A program made the translations under genes and the position numbers. A stretch of DNA of 64,000 nt. Origin: an uncultured Acidobacteriota bacterium (lineage in GTDB: Bacteria > Acidobacteriota > Thermoanaerobaculia > Multivoradales > JAHEKO01). Positions 14,984 through 24,244 of the stretch are shown one piece after another. Numbering within the stretch: position 1 is the stretch's first letter; each line of letters opens with the position of its first letter. The stretch is taken from positions 800,001 through 864,000 of the forward strand of contig CAVQNG010000003.1 of assembly GCA_963713825.1 (NCBI GenBank), read 5' to 3'. The notes under the pieces are model-generated. The model was not told the origin of the DNA. It did not search any database and worked only from the letters and a program-made list of their open reading frames with translations.

Positions 14984-16117
14984 ATGAATGGGGCCACGCT
15001 GCCGCCAAAATGGCGCAGTGCGGCAATTTTGGCAGGCGTGGCGCCGGAATCGATGTCAGAAATGGCGGCTCGGGAAGACAGGGAGCAAGGTCGGAAGCTG
15101 CTGGAGTGGTTCGATGCCCAGCAAAGAGATTTGCCATGGCGCAAGTCGAGAGACCCTTATCCGGTCTGGGTTTCCGAAGTCATGCTGCAGCAGACCCGGG
15201 TGGAAGCGGCGCGACCCTACTTCGATCGATTTCTCGAGGCATTCCCGTCAGTCGAGGCCCTCGCAGCAGCTTCCGAGGAGTCGGTTCTGAGCCTGTGGTC
15301 GGGACTGGGGTACTACCAGCGGGCTCGACGCCTTCATGCCGCCGCCCGCCAGATTGTCGCCAACAAGGGTGAGTTTCCGACCACCACCGAGGGCTGGCTT
15401 CAGCTGCCTGGTGTTGGGCGCTATACCGCCGCAGCCGTTGCAAGCATCGTCTTCGGAGCTCGGGAGCCGGCTATCGACGGCAATGTCATGCGAGTCGTTG
15501 CCAGATTGCTGGTCCTCGAGGAGGATCCTAAGAAGAATGCGGGATTCCAGGCGATAGAGACCAAGGCGCGGGATCTTCTGGACTCCGAACGACCCGGTGA
15601 CAGCAACCAGGCGATCATGGAGATCGGTGCGACGATCTGCCGACCTCGCAAGCCCCTGTGTTCGACATGTCCCTTGGAAGAAGGATGTCTGGCAACTGCC
15701 ACTGGAGAGCCGGACCGATACCCACTGGCGGGACGCAAGGCACCGGTTTTGAGACACCATCGAAGGCTGGCCGTGGTCGAACACGGGGACCGGTTGCTTC
15801 TGTTTCGGCGCCCACCGGAGAGCAAACGTCTGGCCGGCCTTTGGGAGTTTCCCTGGATCGAGGGCTGCTCCGAAGATGACTCGGATGCGGCGTTCGCGCG
15901 TCGCTACGGCGGCAGGTGGGAAGTCGGGCCCCAGAAAGGCCGAGTCAACCATTCCGTCACCAACCGGTCGTTCCAGATCGATGTCGTCCAGGCGAGCCTG
16001 AGTGCAGATGAGGCGGTGGCGGAGGGTCCAGAAGCGGGTTGGTTTTGTCGCTCCGAGTTGGCGGCCGTCCCCGTGACGGGCCTGGTTGGCAAGGTGCTGG
16101 GAGTGCTCGACGCCTAA
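14984..16117 (+). CDS. mutY: A/G-specific adenine glycosylase MutY (start may be about 15053-15062)
   Basis: WVSEVMLQQT, GLGYY, HhH LPGVGRYTA, DGNV, FeS motif CxxxxxxCxxCxxxxxC. Confidence 0.95.
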   Translation: MNGATLPPKWRSAAILAGVAPESMSEMAAREDREQGRKLLEWFDAQQRDLPWRKSRDPYPVWVSEVMLQQTRVEAARPYFDRFLEAFPSVEALAAASEESVLSLWSGLGYYQRARRLHAAARQIVANKGEFPTTTEGWLQLPGVGRYTAAAVASIVFGAREPAIDGNVMRVVARLLVLEEDPKKNAGFQAIETKARDLLDSERPGDSNQAIMEIGATICRPRKPLCSTCPLEEGCLATATGEPDRYPLAGRKAPVLRHHRRLAVVEHGDRLLLFRRPPESKRLAGLWEFPWIEGCSEDDSDAAFARRYGGRWEVGPQKGRVNHSVTNRSFQIDVVQASLSADEAVAEGPEAGWFCRSELAAVPVTGLVGKVLGVLDA

Positions 16118-17166
16118 CCCGCGTGGCCGGCCGACAGGAGAAACCACCCCACGAGCTTGTCGTCACTCTCCAGGAGTCGCCGAGAGGCCATGTTGCAGAG
16201 CAGGGTGAGCAAGCGGGTGGAGGAAGCCTTCTGGACATCGAGAATGCCCTCCGCGACATTGCGAGCAATGGCGAGAACCACGGCACCGGAAGTGTGAGCA
16301 CGGGCGCTGGCGGAGCGAGGAACATGGTCCATGACGGCCATCTCGCCGAAGTACTCGCCACGGCCCAGAAAAGCCAAGCCCTCATCGCCCCCGCCCGGGA
16401 TGAACTTGCTGATCAGGACCGTGCCATCGAGCACGACGTACATGGCTTCCCCGCTCTCGCCTTCATGGAAGATCGCTTCGTTGGGGCCGTAGCTCTCCTC
16501 GCGCGACAGCGAGGCCAGAAAATTGATCTCCATCGGAGTCAAGTGCTGCTCGTCGAACAAGTCACGCTTGGCCGCCATGTCGATCCTAAAGCTCCCTTGC
16601 CGAGGAGGTTTCCTCTCGGTGGGCTCTTCGTCGCGGCTCGCTGCATCATCGGAGGCGAAGAACTCAGCCAACTTCTGATTCGAAAGGCGCAGCTTCAAGG
16701 AGAGGCCCTTCCAGAGTACCCAGGACAGGGCCATCTCGAACGATGGCCGAGTTTCGGCGGCGGCGCGAAGGCTAGTCAGGTCGAGCGCCACCAACTCGAC
16801 TCGCGTTTCGGCCATGGCACCGAGAGTGCGCTCTTCCGATCGCAACAGGAACCGCTCATCGAAGAGGTCCCCCCGGTTCATTGTTGTCAGAGTGAAGGGT
16901 CCGAGCTGGGTGTCCCTCTGCAGTCGGACAGCGCCTTTGACAATGACGTACAGGGACTCGGCAAGGCTACCCTGGCCAAAGATCTCCTCGCCTGCCTGAT
17001 AGCGCAGAATAGTTCCACAAGACGCCAATTGCTTCAGCAGTGCGTCGTCGAACGGCTCCAGAATCTCGCAGTGTCGGAGTTTCTTCGCAATGCTCAAGAT
17101 GAGCCCTATCTTAACTCGTGCGAACCATGCGCCCTGCTGTTTTTGGACCCCGCGCATGGCGGGCAC
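16114..17166 (-). CDS. Protein with two cyclic-nucleotide-binding domains, no HTH (start uncertain)
   Basis: IFGQGS..LYVIVKGAV and IFHEGE..MYVVLDGTV..FGEMA..PRSASA. Confidence 0.8.
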   Translation of the reverse strand: MPAMRGVQKQQGAWFARVKIGLILSIAKKLRHCEILEPFDDALLKQLASCGTILRYQAGEEIFGQGSLAESLYVIVKGAVRLQRDTQLGPFTLTTMNRGDLFDERFLLRSEERTLGAMAETRVELVALDLTSLRAAAETRPSFEMALSWVLWKGLSLKLRLSNQKLAEFFASDDAASRDEEPTERKPPRQGSFRIDMAAKRDLFDEQHLTPMEINFLASLSREESYGPNEAIFHEGESGEAMYVVLDGTVLISKFIPGGGDEGLAFLGRGEYFGEMAVMDHVPRSASARAHTSGAVVLAIARNVAEGILDVQKASSTRLLTLLCNMASRRLLESDDKLVGWFLLSAGHAG

Positions 17167-17173
17167 CAGGGGC

Positions 17174-17743
17174 TCAAAGCAGCTGCAGTTGCGGTGGGCG
17201 GAGCACTTCGGCCACTCGCTTCTCTGCTAGTTCCAACCAGTCGTCACGCACCGTGGCGTCCAAGCCGTAGACCTCGAGGCCGCGCCGCGCGATCTCGAGT
17301 CTGAGCCGGTCCTCTACGGCAGCCTGGAAGGTCGGGTCAGTGGCCCGCAGGCCGTCCGCGCTCGGAGCTTCCACGACCGGTACATGGAGGAGGAGGTCGT
17401 AAGTGGCCATCCAGCTCTCCACCAGGCCCGCGAGGGTGGGCTGGGGCCCGGCCGCAAGGAGCAGGTAGACGTAGTTGTCGAGCACGCTACGATCACAGAG
17501 CACGACGTCATACTCGGATTGGGCAGCCAGCTCCTCGGCGATCTGGGTGTGGAGGATCCATGACTGAGCCGGCAGGTTGGTGTCCTGGTTGATGGGCAGC
17601 GGGCATCGCCGCGCCACTTCCCGAACCATCTCGAGGTGGATGTCCCGTGCCTTGAGACGGGCGGCGAGGCCGTAGCACAGAGTGGTTTTGCCGACCCCGT
17701 GACTGCCGATAAAGGCGAGTTTGAAACTGCGGTCTCGTGCCAT
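17174..17743 (-). CDS. P-loop NTPase / nucleotide kinase-like (AAA_28, NadR/Ttd14-like)
   Basis: IGSHGVGKTT Walker A, LCDRSVLD; likely start MARDRS at 17743. Confidence 0.75.
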   Translation of the reverse strand: MARDRSFKLAFIGSHGVGKTTLCYGLAARLKARDIHLEMVREVARRCPLPINQDTNLPAQSWILHTQIAEELAAQSEYDVVLCDRSVLDNYVYLLLAAGPQPTLAGLVESWMATYDLLLHVPVVEAPSADGLRATDPTFQAAVEDRLRLEIARRGLEVYGLDATVRDDWLELAEKRVAEVLRPPQLQLL

Positions 17744-17786
17744 CGCTTGGGGCATTCTAGCTGGCCCCGTTCGGTCTGGGTCGTGT

Positions 17787-18272
17787 TCAGTCGCTCTGCC
17801 TGGGCAGATGGAGGGAGCGATTGCCGTCGGTGTCGTAGAAGCTGAGACTTCCCGACCCATCATAGTAGAGGGCTGCGGCACCCTTGGAGTCCGGCCCGTG
17901 GAGAGCGAAGCCACCGCCGCCATGCTCGAAGTGAGCCGCACCGAGCCGAATGACGCCCTTTTGGTCGCGAATAAAGAGCGCGGTTCCCCCGGCATCGTGG
18001 TTGAGTGACAACCGGTCCCGCCCGGCGGCATCCAATAGAGAGAAGACAGGAGCACCATCTTGCAGGGAAAGCTCACCCCGAACGCGCCCCTCGGAATCCA
18101 CCAATTCGAAGCGGTTGGCGCGAACCACTTGGTTCTCGGCCGGCGGAGAGGCTGCCGCCCCGAGGAGGGCGAGACTTGTCACGACAAGCAGGGCACCGAC
18201 GAGAAGGCGAGTTCGCTTCTCAAGTGCTTCGATTCGAGATTCGAGATCGTTTCGCATGGTTCCTCCAGCCAA
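17787..18272 (-). CDS. Hypothetical membrane-anchored protein with beta-strand repeats
   Basis: Coiled-coil N-terminus, TM helix, repeated L.D..G..R units. Confidence 0.6.
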   Translation of the reverse strand: MAGGTMRNDLESRIEALEKRTRLLVGALLVVTSLALLGAAASPPAENQVVRANRFELVDSEGRVRGELSLQDGAPVFSLLDAAGRDRLSLNHDAGGTALFIRDQKGVIRLGAAHFEHGGGGFALHGPDSKGAAALYYDGSGSLSFYDTDGNRSLHLPRQSD

Positions 18273-18293
18273 GAATCTTTGGAACAGTCGACC

Positions 18294-19580
18294 CTAGATA
18301 GCCGGTAGGTGAGTCTCGATGGAATCCAGGGCGAAAGCGAGTTGGCGGTGCGTGACAACGAGGGGAGGGCAGATCTGGACTACACAACCCTCGGGACCAC
18401 CGGCCAGGGCGAGAAGGCCATCACCCAGCATCCGACCGAGGAGCGCTCGGGCGGCTCCTGGGGAAGCCATTTCGACTCCCCACGCCAGGCCCATGCCACG
18501 GGTCTCGACGACCAACGGAGAAAGTCCTGGCCAGTTCTTGGTTCTCGTGGCGATGATACGTCCGAGACTTGCGGCTCTCGCCGGCAGGTCTTGTCGCTCG
18601 AGAATCTCCAACACGGCCAAACTGGAGGCGCAGGAAAGTGGGTTAGCGACAAAGGTCGCTGTGTGCAGGGCTTCAGGGCTTCCCTGCCAGGCATCCATCA
18701 AGGCCTCGCGGCCTAGGACCGCGCCGATGGGAAGACCACCGGCCAGAGCCTTGCCGCAGCAGAGCAGGTCGGGCCGCACTCCCTCGGCTTCGACGGCGAA
18801 CCAGGCACCGGTGCGCCCGAAACCGGTAAAGATCTCGTCAGCGATGAACACAACACCGCGGCGTCGGCAGAGATCGGAGAGCTCGCGAATCCAGTCGGTT
18901 GGCGCCGGAAGGACACCCTCGCGCCCCACCATCGGCTCGAGGAGCACGCTACCGAGGTCGGGATCACCCTCGACGAGCTCTACGACCTTCTCTATGGGAC
19001 AGCCGAACGGCAGGCGCTGAACCCAGGGATGGAACAAGAGCCGAAAGGGCTCCCGAAACTCCGGGCGCGAGGTGACCTGGAGAGAGCCGAGGGTCAGTCC
19101 GTGGTATGCCGGGTCGAAGGCCAGGATCCCCGGCTTTCCCGTCGCGAGACAGGCCGTCTTGAGTGCAATCTCCACAGCGTCGGACCCGGAGGCTGCGAAG
19201 TAGACACGCGGGTTCTCGACCGGGGCTCGTCGACAGAGCTCGCGTGCCAACCGCACCCGAGAGGGGTGAGCGTGAACGTCGCCGAGGCCGTGAATTAGTC
19301 TCGAGGCCTGTTGACGAATCGCGGCCAGAACCTGGGGGTGTCGATGGCCCACGGCCGCGACGCCGAAACCGGCGGTCAGGTCGAGAAAGCGGTTGCCATC
19401 CACGTCGAGCACATTGGAGCCCAGCGCCTCTTCCCAAACCAAGGTGTCTTCGCCCGAGCCGAGGGTATTGATCCCAGGGGCCTCGAAGTCGCTGAGATCG
19501 CGACACAGCTGTTGTGACCGCGGCCCCGGAGGAGCGACTTCGATCTTGGGTAGCAGCTCTCCGGAGGACAGACTGGGCAT
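18294..19580 (-). CDS. Class III PLP aminotransferase (GabT/ArgD-like)
   Basis: DVDGNRFLD, SGSDAVE, YHG, DEIFTGFGRTG, GKALAGG. Confidence 0.9.
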   Translation of the reverse strand: MPSLSSGELLPKIEVAPPGPRSQQLCRDLSDFEAPGINTLGSGEDTLVWEEALGSNVLDVDGNRFLDLTAGFGVAAVGHRHPQVLAAIRQQASRLIHGLGDVHAHPSRVRLARELCRRAPVENPRVYFAASGSDAVEIALKTACLATGKPGILAFDPAYHGLTLGSLQVTSRPEFREPFRLLFHPWVQRLPFGCPIEKVVELVEGDPDLGSVLLEPMVGREGVLPAPTDWIRELSDLCRRRGVVFIADEIFTGFGRTGAWFAVEAEGVRPDLLCCGKALAGGLPIGAVLGREALMDAWQGSPEALHTATFVANPLSCASSLAVLEILERQDLPARAASLGRIIATRTKNWPGLSPLVVETRGMGLAWGVEMASPGAARALLGRMLGDGLLALAGGPEGCVVQICPPLVVTHRQLAFALDSIETHLPAI

Positions 19581-19597
19581 GGGCAGGGTCGAGCCCG

Positions 19598-20182
19598 TCA
19601 GATCGCCCGCCTACCGGTCAGGGATCGGGCGAGCGTCACCTCGTCGGTGTACTCGATGTCGCCGCCGACCGGCATGCCGAACGCGAGGCGGGTGACTTCA
19701 ATGCTACGAGGCTTGAGCAGACGCGCGAGGTAGAGGGCGGTGGCCTCTCCTTCGACATCGGGGTTGGTGGCCAGGATGACCTCGTCGATGCCCTCGAGAC
19801 GCTCGAGGAGCCCGGCAATGCGGAGCTGCTCCGGGCCAATCCCGCGTTGGGGAGAGAGAGCCCCCATGAGAACGTGATAGCGGCCATGATACTCGCGGGT
19901 CCTCTCGATGGGCTGGATGTTGAACGGCTCCTCGACGACGCAGATACGAGTCGCATCTCGCTGCTCATCCGTGCAGATTCTGCAGGGATCGATATCCGTG
20001 ATCGCGTTGCAACGGGAACAGTGAAACAGTTTGTCCTTGACCTCGAGGATCGACTCCGCCAGCACCGCGGCGTCGGCTTTGGAGACCTTGAGGAGGTGAT
20101 GCGCCAAGCGGGTGGCGGTCTTTGGGCCGATTCCGGGCAGGCGAGAGAGCTCTCCAACGAGCCGCGACAGAGGGTCAGGCAT
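19598..20182 (-). CDS. recR: Recombination mediator RecR
   Basis: LPGIGPKTA, C4 zinc finger, ATNPDVEGEATA; start MPDPL at 20182. Confidence 0.96.
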   Translation of the reverse strand: MPDPLSRLVGELSRLPGIGPKTATRLAHHLLKVSKADAAVLAESILEVKDKLFHCSRCNAITDIDPCRICTDEQRDATRICVVEEPFNIQPIERTREYHGRYHVLMGALSPQRGIGPEQLRIAGLLERLEGIDEVILATNPDVEGEATALYLARLLKPRSIEVTRLAFGMPVGGDIEYTDEVTLARSLTGRRAI

Positions 20183-20198
20183 CCGCGGAGCGCTCCCC

Positions 20199-20492
20199 TT
20201 AGAAGAGACCGCCCATACCGCCGGCCATGCCGCCAAGCTTCTGCTGAAGCTCTTCGTCCACTTTGCGACCGGCCTCGTTGACGGCCGCCACCAGGAGATC
20301 CTGCAGCATGCCGGGATCCTCCGGGTCGAGGACCTCGGGGTCGATCTGAGCGCCAACGAGCTGCTTGTGGCCGTTCATCGTGACGGTGACCATGCCTCCC
20401 CCGACACTGGCTTCAACGGTCAACGCACCCTGCTCCTCCTGGAGCTTCTCCTGCATTTGCTGCGCCTGCTTCATGAGTTTCTGGATGTTCAT
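20199..20492 (-). CDS. ybaB: YbaB/EbfC nucleoid-associated protein
   Basis: MKQAQQMQ, GGGMV, LQDLLVAAVNEA; located between dnaX and recR. Confidence 0.95.
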   Translation of the reverse strand: MNIQKLMKQAQQMQEKLQEEQGALTVEASVGGGMVTVTMNGHKQLVGAQIDPEVLDPEDPGMLQDLLVAAVNEAGRKVDEELQQKLGGMAGGMGGLF

Positions 20493-20513
20493 GGGCTCGT
20501 CCTCAATGGGGTC

Positions 20514-22190
20514 TTATCTTTCCTCGCTCTCCGCGGTATGGGCCGTGCCTCCGAAGATATCGAGGGCGGTCTGTACCGTGGGGTGTGCGAGCGCGGGGTC
20601 GGGTTCGGATGACGGGGTTGTCGCCGGCTGGTCGGAAGGTCGGCTGACTTGCAGCCCCCAACGGCTCGTCTCACCCCAGACCGCCGCCGAACACTCGTCA
20701 AGGATCGATCGATTGCTCTTGCGGCTCAGCGCGTTGGATAGCCAGGAGTCGTCGGGGCGACTGTAGATCGTCAACTCTCCGTCGGAGAATGCCAGTCGCT
20801 CCGCTTCCTCGAGGTGCGCGGCCAGGGGTTGCTTTCGCTGGCTCACCAGGTCGAGGAATTGGCGAAGCTCATTGTCGGAGGTTTTCTTGTTGGAGGCCGT
20901 GGGGGCTTCAGGCTCAGTCTTGTTGGAGGCAGTCTCTTCTTTCTTTGCAGGGGGCTCGTTCGGGGAAGTGGGTTCAGTAGAGCTTACAGTTGGGGTCGAC
21001 TCGGCCTTTGCAGGGGGAGGTGTCTTCCTGGCGGGCTCTGCGGGTGTCGACACCGGGAGCTCGGGGAGAGAGCCGCCGCCGAGCAGGGTTTCGATACGGG
21101 TCAGCTTGGGTAACTCGGCCGCTCTCAGCCAGGCGATCTCGAGAGCCAGTAGCCCCGCCTCGCTGCGCCTGACGGCGACTTCGCTGTTGAGCAGTTGGTG
21201 AAGCAGCCGGAGAAGATTCTCATAGCCGAATTCCTTGGCGAGCGCCTCGAGCCGGTCGGTATCTTCCTGTGGTAGGTCAACCTCTTCTCGGGGTACGTCG
21301 AGAGCCAGGTGAAGCGCGTCGCGGCAGAAGACGAGGAACTCACGATAGACGTGCCGCGGATCCCAGCCCTCCTGCTCGATCTCGTTGACGAGCGCCGAGA
21401 CCTTGGCGCTTTGGCCCCGAAGGATCGCCTCGAGCAGCTGATGACGGACCGCCGAATCCACCCCCCCGAGAATGCGAGCCGCGTCTTCGTCGGCGATCTT
21501 CCCCGAGCCGAATGTCGCCATCTGGTCGAGCAAAGCGACGGCGTCTCGGACGCTGCCTTCCCCTGCTCGGGAGAGCATTCGCAACGCGGCATCCCCAACC
21601 TCGATGCCCTCTTTATCCGCCATCTTGCGGAGATGTTCCGTCAGGTCTGTCGGCCGGACGCGGCGAAAATGAAATTCCTGGCAGCGGGAGAGAACCGTCG
21701 CCGGGACGGTGTCGATCTCCGTTGTGGCGAAAATGAAGACGAGGTGGGGCGGTGGCTCCTCGACGATCTTGAGGAGAGCGTCGAAAGCCTGCCGCGAGAG
21801 GCGGTGGATCTCGTCGATGACCACGACCTTATAGCGGTCGCGGGCCGGTCCGTACTTGAGGCTCTCCGTGAGCTCGCGAACCTGCTCGACCTTGGAATAG
21901 GTTGCGGCATCGACTTCGATGACATCGAGGTCGGAGCCGGCGGTGATCTCGCTGCAGGTCTGGCAGTGATTACAGGGGTCTGCGGCAGGCCCGTTCTCAC
22001 AGTTGAGCGCCTTGGCGAGCACTCGCGCAACGCTGGTCTTGCCAACCCCGCGGATACCGGAGAAGAGGTAGGCCTGGGCGATTCTGCCGTCCTGCAACGC
22101 GTTGCGTAGCGCGGTGACGATGGGCTCTTGACCCACTACGGTGGAGAAATCTTGCGGGCGCCACTTGCGGGCGAGAACCTGGTAGGCCAT
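20514..22190 (-). CDS. dnaX: DNA polymerase III subunit gamma/tau
   Basis: MAYQVLARKWRP, GIRGVGKT, zinc cysteines, DEIH, SRC; Pro/Thr-rich linker. Confidence 0.96.
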   Translation of the reverse strand: MAYQVLARKWRPQDFSTVVGQEPIVTALRNALQDGRIAQAYLFSGIRGVGKTSVARVLAKALNCENGPAADPCNHCQTCSEITAGSDLDVIEVDAATYSKVEQVRELTESLKYGPARDRYKVVVIDEIHRLSRQAFDALLKIVEEPPPHLVFIFATTEIDTVPATVLSRCQEFHFRRVRPTDLTEHLRKMADKEGIEVGDAALRMLSRAGEGSVRDAVALLDQMATFGSGKIADEDAARILGGVDSAVRHQLLEAILRGQSAKVSALVNEIEQEGWDPRHVYREFLVFCRDALHLALDVPREEVDLPQEDTDRLEALAKEFGYENLLRLLHQLLNSEVAVRRSEAGLLALEIAWLRAAELPKLTRIETLLGGGSLPELPVSTPAEPARKTPPPAKAESTPTVSSTEPTSPNEPPAKKEETASNKTEPEAPTASNKKTSDNELRQFLDLVSQRKQPLAAHLEEAERLAFSDGELTIYSRPDDSWLSNALSRKSNRSILDECSAAVWGETSRWGLQVSRPSDQPATTPSSEPDPALAHPTVQTALDIFGGTAHTAESEER

Positions 22191-22202
22191 ATCGAATGAA
22201 GA

Positions 22203-22338
22203 GGCCAGCGTTTGGTGAAGGGTTCCGGTTGGACTGCGGCACCCGACCTGAAGTGCCTTATCGCTGCTCCCTTCCGGGCCTGACGAGGTTCGGTACCGAT
22301 CGGTGCACAGGACCCGAACCCTTCGCCAAACGCTGGCC
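22203..22338 (-). ncRNA. ffs: Signal recognition particle RNA (small bacterial type)
   Basis: Minus strand contains conserved UCAGGCCCGGAAGGGAGCAGC helix-8 motif within a long hairpin, directly upstream of dnaX. Confidence 0.92.
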
Positions 22339-22488
22339 AGGTTCATGCTACGCGCTGCTCGGCGGGATGTAAAGCTGAGGCATCTGCGGCCGAGTTGGCA
22401 GTCGAAGTTCGCTAGTCGATCGAGAGATCGAAGCTGGTAACATGAGCCAGGGTCGGCGGCAGCGCGAGAGACTCCCTTAATTTCTGCG

Positions 22489-22956
22489 ATGGATGATGTG
22501 AAGTGGATGCGCCAGGCGCTGGCCGAGGCCCGACAGGCGGCCTCGTTGGGAGAGGTGCCGGTCGGGGCAGTGGTGGTTTGTGCCGATGAGATTGTCGGTC
22601 GTGGCCACAACCGTCGGGAAGTCGATGGCGACCCGATGGCTCACGCCGAGATCCTGGCGATTCGGCAGGCGGCGGAAGAAGTCGGTAACTGGCGGTTGGT
22701 GGGTTGCTGTCTCTACGTGACCCTGGAGCCCTGCCCCATGTGTGCCGGGGCGCTGGTCAATAGCCGGGTCGAGCGGTTGGTGTTTGGAACCAGGGACCCA
22801 AAGGCGGGTTATTGCGGTAGTCTCGGCAACCTGGTGGCGGACCCGCGGTTGAATCACCGGATGGAAGTCACCGAGGGGGTGCTCGCGGAAGAGTGCTCGC
22901 GGGAGATCCGGGAGTTCTTCAGCCGACTGCGCCAGGACCGAAGTTCTTTGAAGTAG
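22489..22956 (+). CDS. tadA: tRNA adenosine(34) deaminase
   Basis: EVPVGA, HAE, TLEPCPMC motifs. Confidence 0.95.
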   Translation: MDDVKWMRQALAEARQAASLGEVPVGAVVVCADEIVGRGHNRREVDGDPMAHAEILAIRQAAEEVGNWRLVGCCLYVTLEPCPMCAGALVNSRVERLVFGTRDPKAGYCGSLGNLVADPRLNHRMEVTEGVLAEECSREIREFFSRLRQDRSSLK

Positions 22957-22981
22957 CAGCAGTTCGAGGTTGATGTTTCGA

Positions 22982-23071
<90 letters not shown>

Positions 23072-23092
23072 ACCCCCCCCCGCCCGCCCTGA

Positions 23093-23128
23093 GGGTTGAG
23101 GCGGCCGGCTGTTTTTGGAGGCAGTGGG
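23093..23128. repeat. Dispersed repeat copy (shortened GGGTTGAG...TTGGAGGCAGTGGG)
   Basis: Shares ends with the copies at 23309, 35364 and 35409. Confidence 0.5.
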
Positions 23129-23196
23129 GCGGTGAGGCCTTGGGCAATGAAGTGAGCGGGAGCTCGAGTGCTCGAGAAGTAGAGAAGTTCAAGTAC

Positions 23197-23286
23197 GGAG
23201 AGGTGCCAGAGTGGTCGAATGGGGCGGTCTCGAAAACCGTTGACCGTTCACGCGGTCCGTGGGTTCGAATCCCACCCTCTCCGCCA
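23197..23286 (+). tRNA. tRNA-Ser(CGA)
   Basis: Anticodon arm GCGGT-CTCGAAA-ACCGT; long variable arm; encoded CCA. Confidence 0.96.
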
Positions 23287-23308
23287 TCTACCCACCCACC
23301 CACGCTGA

Positions 23309-23350
23309 GGGTTGAGGCGCCCGGCTCACAGCCGGGCGTTCTTTGAGGGC
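23309..23350. repeat. Dispersed repeat copy GGGTTGAG-N24 hairpin-CTTTGAGGGC
   Basis: Internal hairpin GCGCCCGGCT-CAC-AGCCGGGCGT; ends identical to the copy at 35364. Confidence 0.6.
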
Positions 23351-23388
23351 TTGGGGGTGAAGGATCTGGACCCCACAGTCCCACCTCG

Positions 23389-24240
23389 TCAGACAACCCG
23401 TCGAATCAGCCTTGTCGCCAGCAAGGCGATCGGGAATTGAACAACGAGAAAGACGGCGCCGAAGAGCAGATAGTCGAGGCGACCGAGAACAGACACGGCG
23501 ACCAAGGCCATGACGCCCAGGTTGCGCACCGAGAACTCGAGGGCCAGGCTCGCTGTCGCGGCGGAGCTGATCTTCAAGACCCAACCCAGGGCGGCGCCCA
23601 CCGCAAAGCTGAGGAGGGTAAAGAGGACAGCCAGAAGCACGATCGAAACGACACCACTGGAGAAGGTGCCCAACTGATCGACGAAGACCACCAGGAGCAC
23701 CAAAACCAGCGCCACCAGACACACCCGGTTGAGCGTCGGAAGCCACCGAAGCGTCGCGGTGGACCGCCGGGCTCGGGTCGACATGCCGACCAGGAGGGGA
23801 AGCAGAACGAAGAGCGTGAGCTGCAAGAGGATCCGAACGACCGGAACCGAAACGCGGCCCTCCACGTTGCCCAGGAGAAGAAAGCCCAGATGGGCTGCGA
23901 GAGGCAAGGTGAGGAGGCTCGCCAGGCTGGCGACAGCCGTGAGGACTACGGAAAAGGCAACATCCGCCCGCGCCAGGTGGCAGTAGTAGTTGGAGAGTGC
24001 ACCACCCGGACAGGCGGCGAGAAGGATCAGACCGGCGGCGATATGTGGTTCGGGATAGAAGACCCAAACCAGACCGGCAGCGAGGAGGGGGAGGAGCGTT
24101 GCCTGGGCCACGGTTGCCAACATCACCGCACCTTTGCGATCTCGAATCCGGACGAAATCAGCACCGGTAAGCCCCAATCCGACAACGAACATCAGGAGCA
24201 AGAGAACTGCCGGGACCAACAGATCCAGTATTGGATTCAT
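23389..24240 (-). CDS. Bile acid:sodium symporter (BASS) family transporter
   Basis: Multi-TM; MFVVGLGL, ACPGGALSN, EFSVRN motifs. Confidence 0.88.
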   Translation of the reverse strand: MNPILDLLVPAVLLLLMFVVGLGLTGADFVRIRDRKGAVMLATVAQATLLPLLAAGLVWVFYPEPHIAAGLILLAACPGGALSNYYCHLARADVAFSVVLTAVASLASLLTLPLAAHLGFLLLGNVEGRVSVPVVRILLQLTLFVLLPLLVGMSTRARRSTATLRWLPTLNRVCLVALVLVLLVVFVDQLGTFSSGVVSIVLLAVLFTLLSFAVGAALGWVLKISSAATASLALEFSVRNLGVMALVAVSVLGRLDYLLFGAVFLVVQFPIALLATRLIRRVV

Positions 24241-24244
24241 CCTG

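Noticed and set aside
20514-22190. Programmed frameshift in dnaX producing a gamma subunit
   Set aside because: No A AAA AAG or long poly-A slippery site was seen in the linker.
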